This document shows, in pieces, positions 8,964-15,951 of a DNA stretch of 43,501 nt. The notes beneath the pieces were generated by a model. That model made no database searches. It was given only the letters and a program-made list of their open reading frames with translations, and was not told where the DNA came from. Numbering within the stretch: the first letter of the stretch is position 1; each line of letters begins with the position of its first letter. The position numbers were made by a program, and so were the translations under genes. The stretch lies in the IMG/VR virus record IMGVR_UViG_3300008050_000097. One strand, 5' to 3'. The DNA comes from a virus.

Positions 8964-9207
8964 GCTTAAGCCAGCAACTGTGTTTGCTGCAGCAAAGCGC
9001 GACGGCGAGGCGCACATTATAAATGAAGCCGGTGAAATTCGAATGAAAATATTTCCGCCGGCCGACGCGTCACCAGAGCTGCGGGCAGATGTATATGACG
9101 AAGCCGCTGGACTTTTACGGAAATATTACAATACACCTCAAGCGCATAACTGCATTGATCTGCTGGAAACACGAGCGGAAGCACTGCGCAAGGCTTCAAG
9201 GGAGTGA
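8923..9207 (+). CDS. hypothetical protein (start uncertain, alternative ATG at 9043)
   Basis: 94-aa ORF overlapping upstream gene by 40 nt; weak resemblance to Phd/YefM-like antitoxin pattern. Confidence 0.3.
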   Translation: MSVSVKRFTLIDIKLKPATVFAAAKRDGEAHIINEAGEIRMKIFPPADASPELRADVYDEAAGLLRKYYNTPQAHNCIDLLETRAEALRKASRE

Positions 9208-9211
9208 GTAA

Positions 9212-9682
9212 ATGATCATCGGCTTTACAGGTACACAACGGGGCATGTCAGAACAGCAGCTTGCTGCCGTTGATGTTCTCTTTGGACTAATTAGTGAAAC
9301 AGAATCAGCTCCCACGCTTGTTCAGGGTGATTGCATCGGGGCAGATGAGCAAGCGTATATCATTGCGTCAGCCCATACCTTTGCAACATTTTCGCGCCCA
9401 TGCACCATTGAGAACAAGAGGGCGTACACAGAATGTGATGTGGTCTTCGAGCCGAAAGACCCAATCAAACGCAATCACGATATTGTTGACGAAGCTGACG
9501 TCATGCTTGTAACGCCAGGTGAACAGCTTGAAGTACTTCGCTCTGGAACGTGGGCAACCATTCGATATGCAAGAAAAACTGAAACACCATTGATAGTAGT
9601 TTATCCTGACGGCAGTGTTGTGGTACGAAATGCCCGCGGACAGCTTAAGGAATTATTGCTTCAGGTTGCCTGTATTGTTTAG
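9212..9682 (+). CDS. SLOG/DUF2493-like Rossmann-fold protein
   Basis: IIGFTGTQRG...LVQGDCIGADEQAY resembles the DUF2493 GxR...HGxxxGAD pattern (from memory). Confidence 0.4.
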   Translation: MIIGFTGTQRGMSEQQLAAVDVLFGLISETESAPTLVQGDCIGADEQAYIIASAHTFATFSRPCTIENKRAYTECDVVFEPKDPIKRNHDIVDEADVMLVTPGEQLEVLRSGTWATIRYARKTETPLIVVYPDGSVVVRNARGQLKELLLQVACIV

Positions 9683-9717
9683 TGGAAATGACCATGTAGA
9701 TGCATTGGTCACCTTAT

Positions 9718-9747
9718 GTTTCCGTGTTAAAAATAGTGAAGTATAAT
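9718..9747 (+). promoter_or_regulatory. promoter-like GTTTCCGTGTT...TGTTAAAAATAG / GTATAAT
   Basis: Upstream of 9765 gene. Confidence 0.4.
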
Positions 9748-9764
9748 GGTATTAGGAGGCTGGA

Positions 9765-10070
9765 ATGCTTGCAATTTGGGATTACAACACGAACTCTGTA
9801 ATTGCTCAATTCGGTGACTTGGCAGGGTTGATTGCTTGGCTTGAAGAAAAGTTTGAAATTGCAATGGGTGAAACCCGTGAGCAGTTCGGCGTTACATGCG
9901 CCTTTGATTTTGCCGGTGATGAAGGAATTACAACTGGCGAATATATCGCAACCTATGGTAACCCAATGGACGACGATGGCTATTGGGGCCCACTTGCTCT
10001 GCAGCATCTAAGTCTTGATGCCGGCACTGTTCGTGGCTATGAGATGCGTATTCATAATGTGTTTAAGTAA
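9765..10070 (+). CDS. hypothetical protein
   Basis: 101 aa, strong RBS AGGAGG. Confidence 0.5.
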   Translation: MLAIWDYNTNSVIAQFGDLAGLIAWLEEKFEIAMGETREQFGVTCAFDFAGDEGITTGEYIATYGNPMDDDGYWGPLALQHLSLDAGTVRGYEMRIHNVFK

Positions 10071-10079
10071 GGAGCTGAG

Positions 10080-10253
10080 ATGATTCGACGATTTCTATTT
10101 GGTCGCTCAATTAAGCAGACCACCAAGGAAATTCTTAAGGAGAAGGCGCTAACGCTGACTGTTGCTGTAATCGTTTATGGTGGCATGCACCTATATGAGC
10201 GCAGGCAGGAGCGGAAGCGAAAAGAGAAGGAAGAGAGATCTTCTGTAGGTTAA
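10080..10253 (+). CDS. small membrane protein (57 aa)
   Basis: RBS AGGAGCTGAG; one TM helix; basic tail. Confidence 0.3.
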   Translation: MIRRFLFGRSIKQTTKEILKEKALTLTVAVIVYGGMHLYERRQERKRKEKEERSSVG

Positions 10254-10266
10254 TTGACATAATTGG

Positions 10267-10340
10267 CATCCCAATCGTCTAATTTGGCAGGACACCGGCA
10301 AGAGATGTCGGAAATGCAGGTTCGAGACCTGCTGGGATGT
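10267..10340 (+). tRNA. tRNA-like gene with non-canonical anticodon loop (possible pseudo-tRNA)
   Basis: Acceptor CATCCCA/TGGGATG and T-arm GCAGG-TTCGAGA-CCTGC are good; anticodon stem CCGGC/GTCGG closes loop AAGAGAT lacking U33. Confidence 0.4.
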
Positions 10341-10346
10341 TTTCCT

Positions 10347-10418
10347 GAAAGTGTAGCTCAGTGGTAGAGCACTGGCATTTGGCGCCAGGTGTCGTAGGTT
10401 CAATTCCTACCATTTTAC
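10347..10418 (+). tRNA. tRNA-Gln(TTG)
   Basis: Cloverleaf: D-arm GCTC..GAGC, anticodon stem CTGGC/GCCAG loop ATTTGGC, T-arm GTAGG-TTCAATT-CCTAC; CCA not encoded. Confidence 0.8.
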
Positions 10419-10793
10419 TAAACAGGAACGCCTGCACCTGCGTTAAGGTTGCGCGGGCTGGCCGGAACCCGTAAAGCAAGAGAAGGCAAACAAACAGGCT
10501 TATGCGGCTCCAGGGTGAGTAAGCATACATGACCGTAACGTGAAGAACCAACCCTATGGGGCGGACACGAGTCGGAAGGTCACGGGCAGAGTGGTGAGGT
10601 AGTCGCTGCTGAGATTACTCAGCTTAATTTGCTGTTGCACATTGCTCTGCCCAAATTTCAAGAAGGAGAAAGATTGTGCAAGCAATTGTTAGGCATATTG
10701 AAACAAAGAGCATGTACGTATGCTTTTCATGCGGGCAACCCGGATATCGACTTCCAGGCTTTGGACGAATGGAACCACACTGTAAGGAGCACC

Positions 10794-10994
10794 ATGATGA
10801 GCAAGCAGACTGATTTTCAACTTCCAGAAGCTTTGCAGGGTGTAATTGCAAATCATCTTCTTTACAGCTTTGAACCTGTAACAGATTATCAGTTTTTGAC
10901 TGATGATGAAAAGCGCATTTTTACACGTTCGCAGTATGAAGAACTACTGGCTTTCCTTGACAGTATCAAGGAAATTGATGAATTTGAATCGTGA
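10794..10994 (+). CDS. hypothetical protein
   Basis: ATG with RBS AGGAGCA inside longer listed ORF. Confidence 0.3.
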   Translation: MMSKQTDFQLPEALQGVIANHLLYSFEPVTDYQFLTDDEKRIFTRSQYEELLAFLDSIKEIDEFES

Positions 10995-11086
10995 GATATG
11001 GCTTTTGATATCTTTTGGTTGTAACAGCACACAGCTGAATACTTAAATGAACCAAAGGATCATTGATAGTTGAATAGATAAATTTT

Positions 11087-11162
11087 TCCTGGGTAGCTCA
11101 ATTGGTCGAGCGCCGTGCTGTTAACACGGTGGTTGGGGGTTCAAGTCCCTCCCCGGGAGCCA
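11087..11162 (+). tRNA. tRNA-Asn(GTT)
   Basis: Anticodon arm CCGTG-CTGTTAA-CACGG, T-loop TTCAAGT, encoded CCA. Confidence 0.85.
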
Positions 11163-11169
11163 AATAAAT

Positions 11170-11239
11170 GGTACTATAGCTTAAAGTAAAGCCCTTGTTT
11201 GTAACAAGGAAGATTCGGATTAACGCCCCGATAGTACCA
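11170..11239 (+). tRNA. tRNA-Thr(TGT)-like, organelle-like reduced structure
   Basis: 70 nt, AT-rich; acceptor GGTACTA/TAGTACC, perfect anticodon arm CCTTG-TTTGTAA-CAAGG, but 4-bp T-stem with 9-nt non-GTTC loop and no CCA. Confidence 0.45.
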
Positions 11240-11248
11240 AACTTTTAA

Positions 11249-11324
11249 TGCGGAGTGGAGAAGTGGTTATCTCGCTGGCCTCATAAGCCGGAAATCGGTG
11301 GTTCGAATCCACCCTCCGCAACCA
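11249..11324 (+). tRNA. tRNA-Met(CAT) (elongator or Ile2-type)
   Basis: Anticodon arm CTGGC-CTCATAA-GCCGG, T-arm GGTGG-TTCGAAT-CCACC, CCA encoded; paired 1-72 so not initiator-like. Confidence 0.85.
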
Positions 11325-11329
11325 ATCAT

Positions 11330-11409
11330 TGGGTTGTATCCCCTCCGCCTGATAAGCAGTTGAAAGGGTAGCCGGTTGCACGATGGTTCAAATCCATCCA
11401 ACCCAACCA
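11330..11409 (+). tRNA. degenerate tRNA-like element (3' half canonical, no recognisable D/anticodon arms)
   Basis: Acceptor TGGGTTG/CAACCCA + ACCA, T-arm GATGG-TTCAAAT-CCATC; interior holds CTGATAA (Ile-GAT-like loop) but without proper stems. Confidence 0.35.
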
Positions 11410-11430
11410 AATCAAGATGCACGAGAAACA

Positions 11431-11658
11431 ATGAAGAAGCTTTTTATCACACTCACTATGCTCCTACTTTTGTCAGGGTGTGCTCATCTTCCAGATACAA
11501 AGGGCCATTGTACAAAGGAGTTTCCCATCAAGGGAAACTTTGAATCTATGGTGTATCATACAACGGAAAGTGGTTACTACTGGCAGACAGTTGCAGAATG
11601 GTGTTTTGAAACTGAGAAGAATGCAAGGACTGCTGGCTATCGATCTGTGAAGAACTAA
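11431..11658 (+). CDS. lipoprotein
   Basis: MKKLFITLTMLLLLSGC: signal peptide with lipobox LSGC. Confidence 0.55.
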   Translation: MKKLFITLTMLLLLSGCAHLPDTKGHCTKEFPIKGNFESMVYHTTESGYYWQTVAEWCFETEKNARTAGYRSVKN

Positions 11659-11675
11659 AGAGCTTGCCAGAGAGC

Positions 11676-11707
11676 ATCTCCGTGAAAGAAATGTAGTTGT
11701 ATAATAG
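11676..11707 (+). promoter_or_regulatory. conserved promoter-like motif ATCTCCGTGA-N11-TTGTATAATAG
   Basis: Upstream of lipoprotein gene 11743. Confidence 0.45.
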
Positions 11708-11742
11708 AGATAGGCAATCAAACCGCAAAAACTGGAGTAACC

Positions 11743-12102
11743 ATGAAGCGTGCATTTCAACTGAGCTTGGCACTTGCTTCCATTGTTTTTCTTGCTGGAT
11801 GTCCGCTTCCACCGAGTAATGATGACGATTCAGCAGTAGTTTCTGAAATCGTCATGGAAATTCATGATGACGCGTACGCAATTACAATTTGCGAAATTCC
11901 AGCGTGGTTTGATAACGAAGTGCGGAGCAACATGCGCTGTAAGGACTTCTCTGCTGTAAAGATTTGGCCGAACGGTCTTGATGATGATCCAGCGTATGAC
12001 ATTATTGCAATTGATTGCTCCATGCCAATTCTTGGTGAAGGAGTTTCATGCGATATTAAAATGTGGAACGCACCTCCTTTGACTGGAGAAGAGCAGGAAT
12101 GA
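11743..12102 (+). CDS. lipoprotein
   Basis: MKRAFQLSLALASIVFLAGC lipobox LAGC; RBS GGAG. Confidence 0.55.
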   Translation: MKRAFQLSLALASIVFLAGCPLPPSNDDDSAVVSEIVMEIHDDAYAITICEIPAWFDNEVRSNMRCKDFSAVKIWPNGLDDDPAYDIIAIDCSMPILGEGVSCDIKMWNAPPLTGEEQE

Positions 12103-12368
12103 AAAAGCAATCGTGGTGGGCGAAATACAAAGAAGGGCGAAATGCCAAAAGATCTGCCAGGCTATGCGCCCGCGACATTCATAGCGTTGTTAGTTGGGAT
12201 GGCACAGCTTACGGTAGAAATGGTTACTTTAATGGGACCGAGGAATTTGTCTGGGCATGCGGTGTCTGCGATTTTGTGCATGATCCGTTGAGCAGTATCA
12301 GAACTGCAAGAGCACGTGAAAAAGAAATTGCATTGTGCCTGGAAGCGCTTCGCGCGCAGAACCTATAA
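12099..12368 (+). CDS. hypothetical protein
   Basis: ATGA overlap with upstream lipoprotein gene; 89 aa basic N-terminus. Confidence 0.4.
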   Translation: MKKQSWWAKYKEGRNAKRSARLCARDIHSVVSWDGTAYGRNGYFNGTEEFVWACGVCDFVHDPLSSIRTARAREKEIALCLEALRAQNL

Positions 12369-12374
12369 AGAATT

Positions 12375-12461
12375 GGGGATGTGGCGGAATTGGTATACGC
12401 AGCGGACTCAAAATCCGTGGGCTCAACGGCCGTGTGGGTTCGAGTCCCACCTTCCCCACCA
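12375..12461 (+). tRNA. tRNA-Leu(CAA)
   Basis: Type II tRNA: anticodon loop CTCAAAA, long variable arm, T-arm GTGGG-TTCGAGT-CCCAC, CCA encoded. Confidence 0.85.
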
Positions 12462-12468
12462 AATATTT

Positions 12469-12544
12469 GCGCGGATAGCTCAGTTGGTAGAGCAGGAGCT
12501 TTACAAGCTTCATGTCGCAGGTTCGAGCCCTGCTTCGCGCACCA
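12469..12544 (+). tRNA. tRNA-Val(TAC)
   Basis: Anticodon arm GGAGC-TTTACAA-GCTTC, T-arm GCAGG-TTCGAGC-CCTGC, CCA. Confidence 0.85.
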
Positions 12545-12556
12545 AATAGGATAATC

Positions 12557-12646
12557 ATGAGATTGAAGAAGAGCAAGCAGCGTTGCAGGTATTGCGGAGG
12601 CCCAATATGGGTGCCAAATCAACCCTGCGCAACTTGTTTCAAATAG
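12557..12646 (+). CDS. 29-aa zinc-ribbon-like peptide
   Basis: MRLKKSKQRCRYCGGPIWVPNQPCATCFK; CxxC-x12-CxxC; RBS AGGATAA. Confidence 0.25.
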   Translation: MRLKKSKQRCRYCGGPIWVPNQPCATCFK

Positions 12647-12656
12647 ATAGAATACT

Positions 12657-12745
12657 GGAAGGTCGCCAGAGGCTGGTGAGCTGGAGTCGCCTGCTAAGCG
12701 ATGGGTGTAACTGCCCCAAAGGTTCGATTCCTTTACCTTCCGCCA
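12657..12745 (+). tRNA. tRNA-Ser(GCT)
   Basis: Type II; anticodon arm GTCGC-CTGCTAA-GCGAT; T-arm AAAGG-TTCGATT-CCTTT; CCA. Confidence 0.85.
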
Positions 12746-12759
12746 AATAAGGAACAGAA

Positions 12760-13002
12760 ATGATTGATTACGCAAAACTTGCAAGCGAAATTCGTGAACT
12801 GGTGCCCCGTAACCGCCCAGGTGATAGAGCGCTGCTCGCGTCACGGGAAAGCAGCATTAGATATTCTGCACCAGAGATTGCCGGGCTTCATGTGACTGAA
12901 TTGGTTGATACAATTATGAGTATTTGTGGAGCTGGGCCTGAGTTTGAAGAAGAGTGGCAGCTTTCTATTTTCAACACATGGAACGCAGCACACGATCGAT
13001 AA
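12760..13002 (+). CDS. hypothetical protein
   Basis: 80 aa; RBS AAGGAAC. Confidence 0.45.
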   Translation: MIDYAKLASEIRELVPRNRPGDRALLASRESSIRYSAPEIAGLHVTELVDTIMSICGAGPEFEEEWQLSIFNTWNAAHDR

Positions 13003-13004
13003 AT

Positions 13005-13101
13005 GGAGAGGTAAGTCGAAAGATTCTGGGTATCGACTGCAGTCTTGAAAACTGTTAGGGGCTAACGCCCTGTCAGGGTTCGAATCCCTGTCTCTCCGCC
13101 A
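13005..13101 (+). tRNA. tRNA-Ser(TGA) with enlarged D-loop
   Basis: 97 nt; anticodon arm GCAGT-CTTGAAA-ACTGT; variable arm; T-arm CAGGG-TTCGAAT-CCCTG; D-stem AGTC/GACT encloses 17-nt loop. Confidence 0.7.
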
Positions 13102-13149
13102 TTTCACTGAAGGACCTAGTCATGAGCATTTTAACTGACAGAGTAGAAG

Positions 13150-13419
13150 ATGGCTGAGTACACTGAGAAATGGACAGTTGAATATTACGTCACCAGCGGG
13201 CTTGACCCTGAGATTGCAGGCATACTCTTTAAGAAGGGCTGGACGATCGTAGGACCAGCCAAGGCCATCAAGGTACTTGAAATTCCAGACAGGACTGCCA
13301 TCTGCGATCTTAACTACATTGCCCGCACAGCTTTCTTAAATGACGCAGAACTGTACAGCACAGCAGCTACCATGAGTGCGTTCGCAAGAATTCGAATTTT
13401 CAAGACAGAGTGGTATTGA
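13150..13419 (+). CDS. hypothetical protein
   Basis: 89-aa ORF. Confidence 0.45.
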   Translation: MAEYTEKWTVEYYVTSGLDPEIAGILFKKGWTIVGPAKAIKVLEIPDRTAICDLNYIARTAFLNDAELYSTAATMSAFARIRIFKTEWY

Positions 13420-13423
13420 TTGC

Positions 13424-13648
13424 ATGAGCGCATCGATGGAGCGTATAGGTTGTGATGAGTGTCGTGTCTGGTTCGATATTGAAGAAGACGCAGTTTTACC
13501 AGAGCATAAACGCTGGGTAGAAATTGATGGCTACAATACTGCTGGCGAAGAACATTGCCCGGGCAGTTGCACGCCAGGGCGGCGGACATTTAACGCGCGA
13601 AGCGAAGAAGTGACACAAAATGCAGCAAGCCAGCCTGGACTTGAATAA
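13424..13648 (+). CDS. hypothetical Cys-containing protein
   Basis: ATG 5 nt after upstream stop; CDEC...CPGSC. Confidence 0.4.
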   Translation: MSASMERIGCDECRVWFDIEEDAVLPEHKRWVEIDGYNTAGEEHCPGSCTPGRRTFNARSEEVTQNAASQPGLE

Positions 13649-13658
13649 AGCGCCGGTT

Positions 13659-13690
13659 TTTTCCGTTTAACACCCAACGTGTTATAATAG
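13659..13690 (+). promoter_or_regulatory. conserved promoter-like motif TTTTCCGTTT-N12-TGTTATAATAG
   Basis: Upstream of 13739 gene. Confidence 0.5.
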
Positions 13691-13738
13691 TAACAGGAAT
13701 AGAAAACCCGTAAAACGGTTTGAATAACGGAGATTAGA

Positions 13739-14149
13739 ATGTCTTACATAACTGTATATCCAATCCTTGATTTGGAGGCTTCGCCTACCAACCAGGAGGT
13801 GTTTGACAACGCTGCGTCATTTATCCTAGGCCAGGGTCCATGCATTACTTCCGACGTGACCCCCCGCTATAAGTATCGCAGTGGAGGAAAGGCTTGCGCC
13901 ATGGGTGCATTCATGACTGATTACGAAGCTGCCGTGGCTGACGAAGAGGGTTGGGGTGCTAGCTCAGTAGTTTCGAAAGCTACAAGGTTTAGCCAGTATG
14001 GAGAGCTATTTTCACACCTGGTGATTGCTCATGATCTTGCTGCTGACTGCGATCCAATTGATTTTCAAGCAAAATTTAGAGATGAAATGAGAAGGGTGGC
14101 CGAGGTTTTTTCTCTTGACGCAAGCAAGCTTGAGGAAGCCAATATTTGA
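13739..14149 (+). CDS. hypothetical protein
   Basis: 136 aa; preceded by TGTTATAATAG promoter-like motif and RBS GGAGA. Confidence 0.5.
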   Translation: MSYITVYPILDLEASPTNQEVFDNAASFILGQGPCITSDVTPRYKYRSGGKACAMGAFMTDYEAAVADEEGWGASSVVSKATRFSQYGELFSHLVIAHDLAADCDPIDFQAKFRDEMRRVAEVFSLDASKLEEANI

Positions 14150-14154
14150 TTTAT

Positions 14155-14230
14155 GCCCCCGTAGCTCAGTGGCCAGAGCGTTCCCCTTGTAAGGGAAGGG
14201 TCACCCGTTCGACTCGGGTCGGGGGCTCCA
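14155..14230 (+). tRNA. tRNA-Thr(TGT)
   Basis: Anticodon arm TTCCC-CTTGTAA-GGGAA; T-loop TTCGACT; CCA. Confidence 0.85.
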
Positions 14231-14245
14231 CTTTTAGGAACTACG

Positions 14246-14440
14246 ATGAGTTGTGATACAGAAAGAAAGCATCCGCACGGACATTGTACTGAGCATTGCG
14301 GAGAGTGCGGTGAAACTGCCAAGGGTGTGATCTGCGGCGTTTGTGCGCAGGTTCTGCAATCAGAGTTTTGCATTCGCTGCCACCAAGGCAAGGTGATCCC
14401 TGGAACAACGATGTGTGAAGATTGCTGGAAGGCTCGGTAG
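14246..14440 (+). CDS. Cys-rich zinc-binding small protein
   Basis: 64 aa with >=5 CxxC pairs. Confidence 0.45.
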   Translation: MSCDTERKHPHGHCTEHCGECGETAKGVICGVCAQVLQSEFCIRCHQGKVIPGTTMCEDCWKAR

Positions 14441-14542
14441 TAATTGTGGTACCGCTCTGGGTCCTAGAAGTGGGAATGATTCTGGCGCTAATTGCCGGCA
14501 TGCTAATTGGCTGGGGCTTTAGAGGCATAAAGGAAAATTGAT

Positions 14543-14618
14543 TCGCGGGTAGTTCAGTTGGTTAGAACATCGGGTTGTGATCCCGAAGACGCGGGTTCAA
14601 GTCCCGTCCTACGATCCA
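14543..14618 (+). tRNA. tRNA-His(GTG)
   Basis: Anticodon arm TCGGG-TTGTGAT-CCCGA; T-arm GCGGG-TTCAAGT-CCCGT; acceptor with one C-A mismatch; CCA. Confidence 0.75.
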
Positions 14619-14634
14619 TTAACTGAGGATGAAG

Positions 14635-14928
14635 ATGAGCATTGCAGAGAAGGTTGCTGAGCAAATCAGGGAGGCAATGGCGCAGCGCGCTGCCATTGAT
14701 AGAAATATTTCGCGACTTGTTGCGTATGCTTCGCTTCCTGAGAATCCGCAAAAGGCTGAGATTGTGTTCGACAATAGCACCTCTGTTGTTCTTCGTTCAA
14801 GCGCATATCGTGGCGCCAGTGAAGAAGAACGTGAACTTTATGAATTTGCAAAGCCAGAATTGACAGCACTTCTTAAGAAGATTCGTGCTTTCTCTGCTGG
14901 ACAACTTGCGCTTGAGGAGATTGAGTAA
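14635..14928 (+). CDS. hypothetical protein
   Basis: RBS GAGGA 8 nt upstream of ATG. Confidence 0.45.
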   Translation: MSIAEKVAEQIREAMAQRAAIDRNISRLVAYASLPENPQKAEIVFDNSTSVVLRSSAYRGASEEERELYEFAKPELTALLKKIRAFSAGQLALEEIE

Positions 14929-15086
14929 TGTTTGAGACTGTTGCCACGATCGTTTTTCTGTTTATGACAACCATCTGGTCAAGGGATGGTTGGACAAACT
15001 TGATTATCAAGGTTGCATTTGCACTGATGACAGCCTGGGCCTTCGCAGAAGCGATGATTGAATCAGGCTTCGTCATCGCAGCTTAA
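14928..15086 (+). CDS. small membrane protein (52 aa)
   Basis: TAATG overlap with upstream gene; two hydrophobic segments. Confidence 0.3.
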   Translation: MFETVATIVFLFMTTIWSRDGWTNLIIKVAFALMTAWAFAEAMIESGFVIAA

Positions 15087-15094
15087 CTGAAATT

Positions 15095-15182
15095 GGGGCG
15101 GTAGACCCGTAGGGGGCGGGTGGGGATTGTAAATCCCTTCTGTGTATGCAGCCCGGAAGTTCGACTCTTCCCTGCCCCACCA
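15095..15182 (+). tRNA. tRNA-Tyr(GTA)
   Basis: Bacterial type II Tyr: anticodon arm GGGGA-TTGTAAA-TCCCT, long variable arm, T-arm GGAAG-TTCGACT-CTTCC, CCA. Confidence 0.8.
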
Positions 15183-15199
15183 TTAACTAAGGAGAAATC

Positions 15200-15448
15200 A
15201 TGAATGATAGTGTAACACTACTGAGCGGCAAAAAGAACAAGCCAAGTCTTGTAGTTGCTCAGAAGCTTGTCGGTGGATACGTTCAATTGATTGAGCTTGC
15301 ACCAGTTGATGGTGATAAGACACAGATGCTTATTGATGAAGAAGGTCTTCTGAAGGGATTGCCGGGAAATCCTGAGGCTTCGTTCATTGCTGGGCAGCCA
15401 ATCGTTGGCCCTGCTGTTGTGTTGGTCGGCGACGCCTGCTGGGATTAA
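15200..15448 (+). CDS. hypothetical protein
   Basis: RBS AAGGAGAAATC. Confidence 0.45.
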   Translation: MNDSVTLLSGKKNKPSLVVAQKLVGGYVQLIELAPVDGDKTQMLIDEEGLLKGLPGNPEASFIAGQPIVGPAVVLVGDACWD

Positions 15449-15455
15449 AGCTTAT

Positions 15456-15611
15456 AGGACCATAGTTCAAGTGGTAGAATACGGCCGGGAATGATGCTCA
15501 TGCTTGCGCTAGAAACCATGTGCTGCAAGGTGAATTTGGTTGTTTGCATTGCAACACAAGCGTAGTGAGAAATCACTGGCTGGGATGCAGGTTCGAATCC
15601 TGCTGGCCCTT
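15456..15611 (+). tRNA. tRNA-like gene interrupted by ~91-nt insertion in anticodon arm
   Basis: 5' acceptor AGGACCA + D-arm GTTC-AAGTGGTA-GAAT and 3' T-arm GCAGG-TTCGAAT-CCTGC + acceptor TGGCCCT are canonical. Anticodon stems CGGCC/GGCTG flank an insert with an AGTGA-GAAA-TCACT tetraloop hairpin. Confidence 0.45.
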
Positions 15612-15621
15612 CATTTAAAAT

Positions 15622-15698
15622 ACGCCCGTAGCTCAGCTGGATAGAGCAGCGGATTCCTAATCCGCAGGTCGCAGGTTCGAGTCCTGCCGGGCGTACCA
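15622..15698 (+). tRNA. tRNA-Arg(CCT)
   Basis: Anticodon arm GCGGA-TTCCTAA-TCCGC; T-arm GCAGG-TTCGAGT-CCTGC; CCA. Confidence 0.85.
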
Positions 15699-15734
15699 TT
15701 CATAGGTGCTGATAACAATACTGGAGAAGAGAAC

Positions 15735-15950
15735 ATGGCTGAATTTAGCGTAAAGATTAAAAGAGTTCTTGAACAAGAAAGTGAAGTAACGCTTTCAATT
15801 AAGGGCATGTCACAGTGGGCTGTCGGGGAAGTGGCTAGCTCGCTGGAGGAAGTGCTTCGTGAAATTGTTGAAAGTGATGCTGATTCTGTCACTTGGGGCT
15901 CTGAAGACGAAGAGATCACAATCGAGAGTGTCAGGTACACTGGAGAGTAA
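15735..15950 (+). CDS. hypothetical acidic protein
   Basis: RBS GGAGAAGAG. Confidence 0.45.
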   Translation: MAEFSVKIKRVLEQESEVTLSIKGMSQWAVGEVASSLEEVLREIVESDADSVTWGSEDEEITIESVRYTGE

Positions 15951-15951
15951 G

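Noticed and set aside
11312-11352. Possible att-like duplication of tRNA-Met 3' end (CCCTCCGC)
   Set aside because: Shared string is only 8-9 nt and no integrase gene is nearby; most likely a coincidence or a remnant of tRNA duplication.
11330-11409. tRNA-Ile(GAT) call for this element
   Set aside because: A CTGATAA loop is present, but the stem has two mismatches and there is no room for a D-arm; kept only as a degenerate tRNA-like element.
12224-12844. 206-aa - strand ORF spanning tRNA-Leu/Val/Ser genes
   Set aside because: It is the reverse-complement reading of tRNA genes (GGEGGTRTHT / FESAAYT-type translations). The 10279-10551, 15445-15699, 15611-15940, 18817-19404, 19335-19583 and 19414-19770 ORFs overlap tRNAs in the same way.
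15487-15577. Group I intron inside the interrupted tRNA
   Set aside because: Insert is only ~91 nt, far below the minimum size of group I or II introns; called an unclassified insertion instead.
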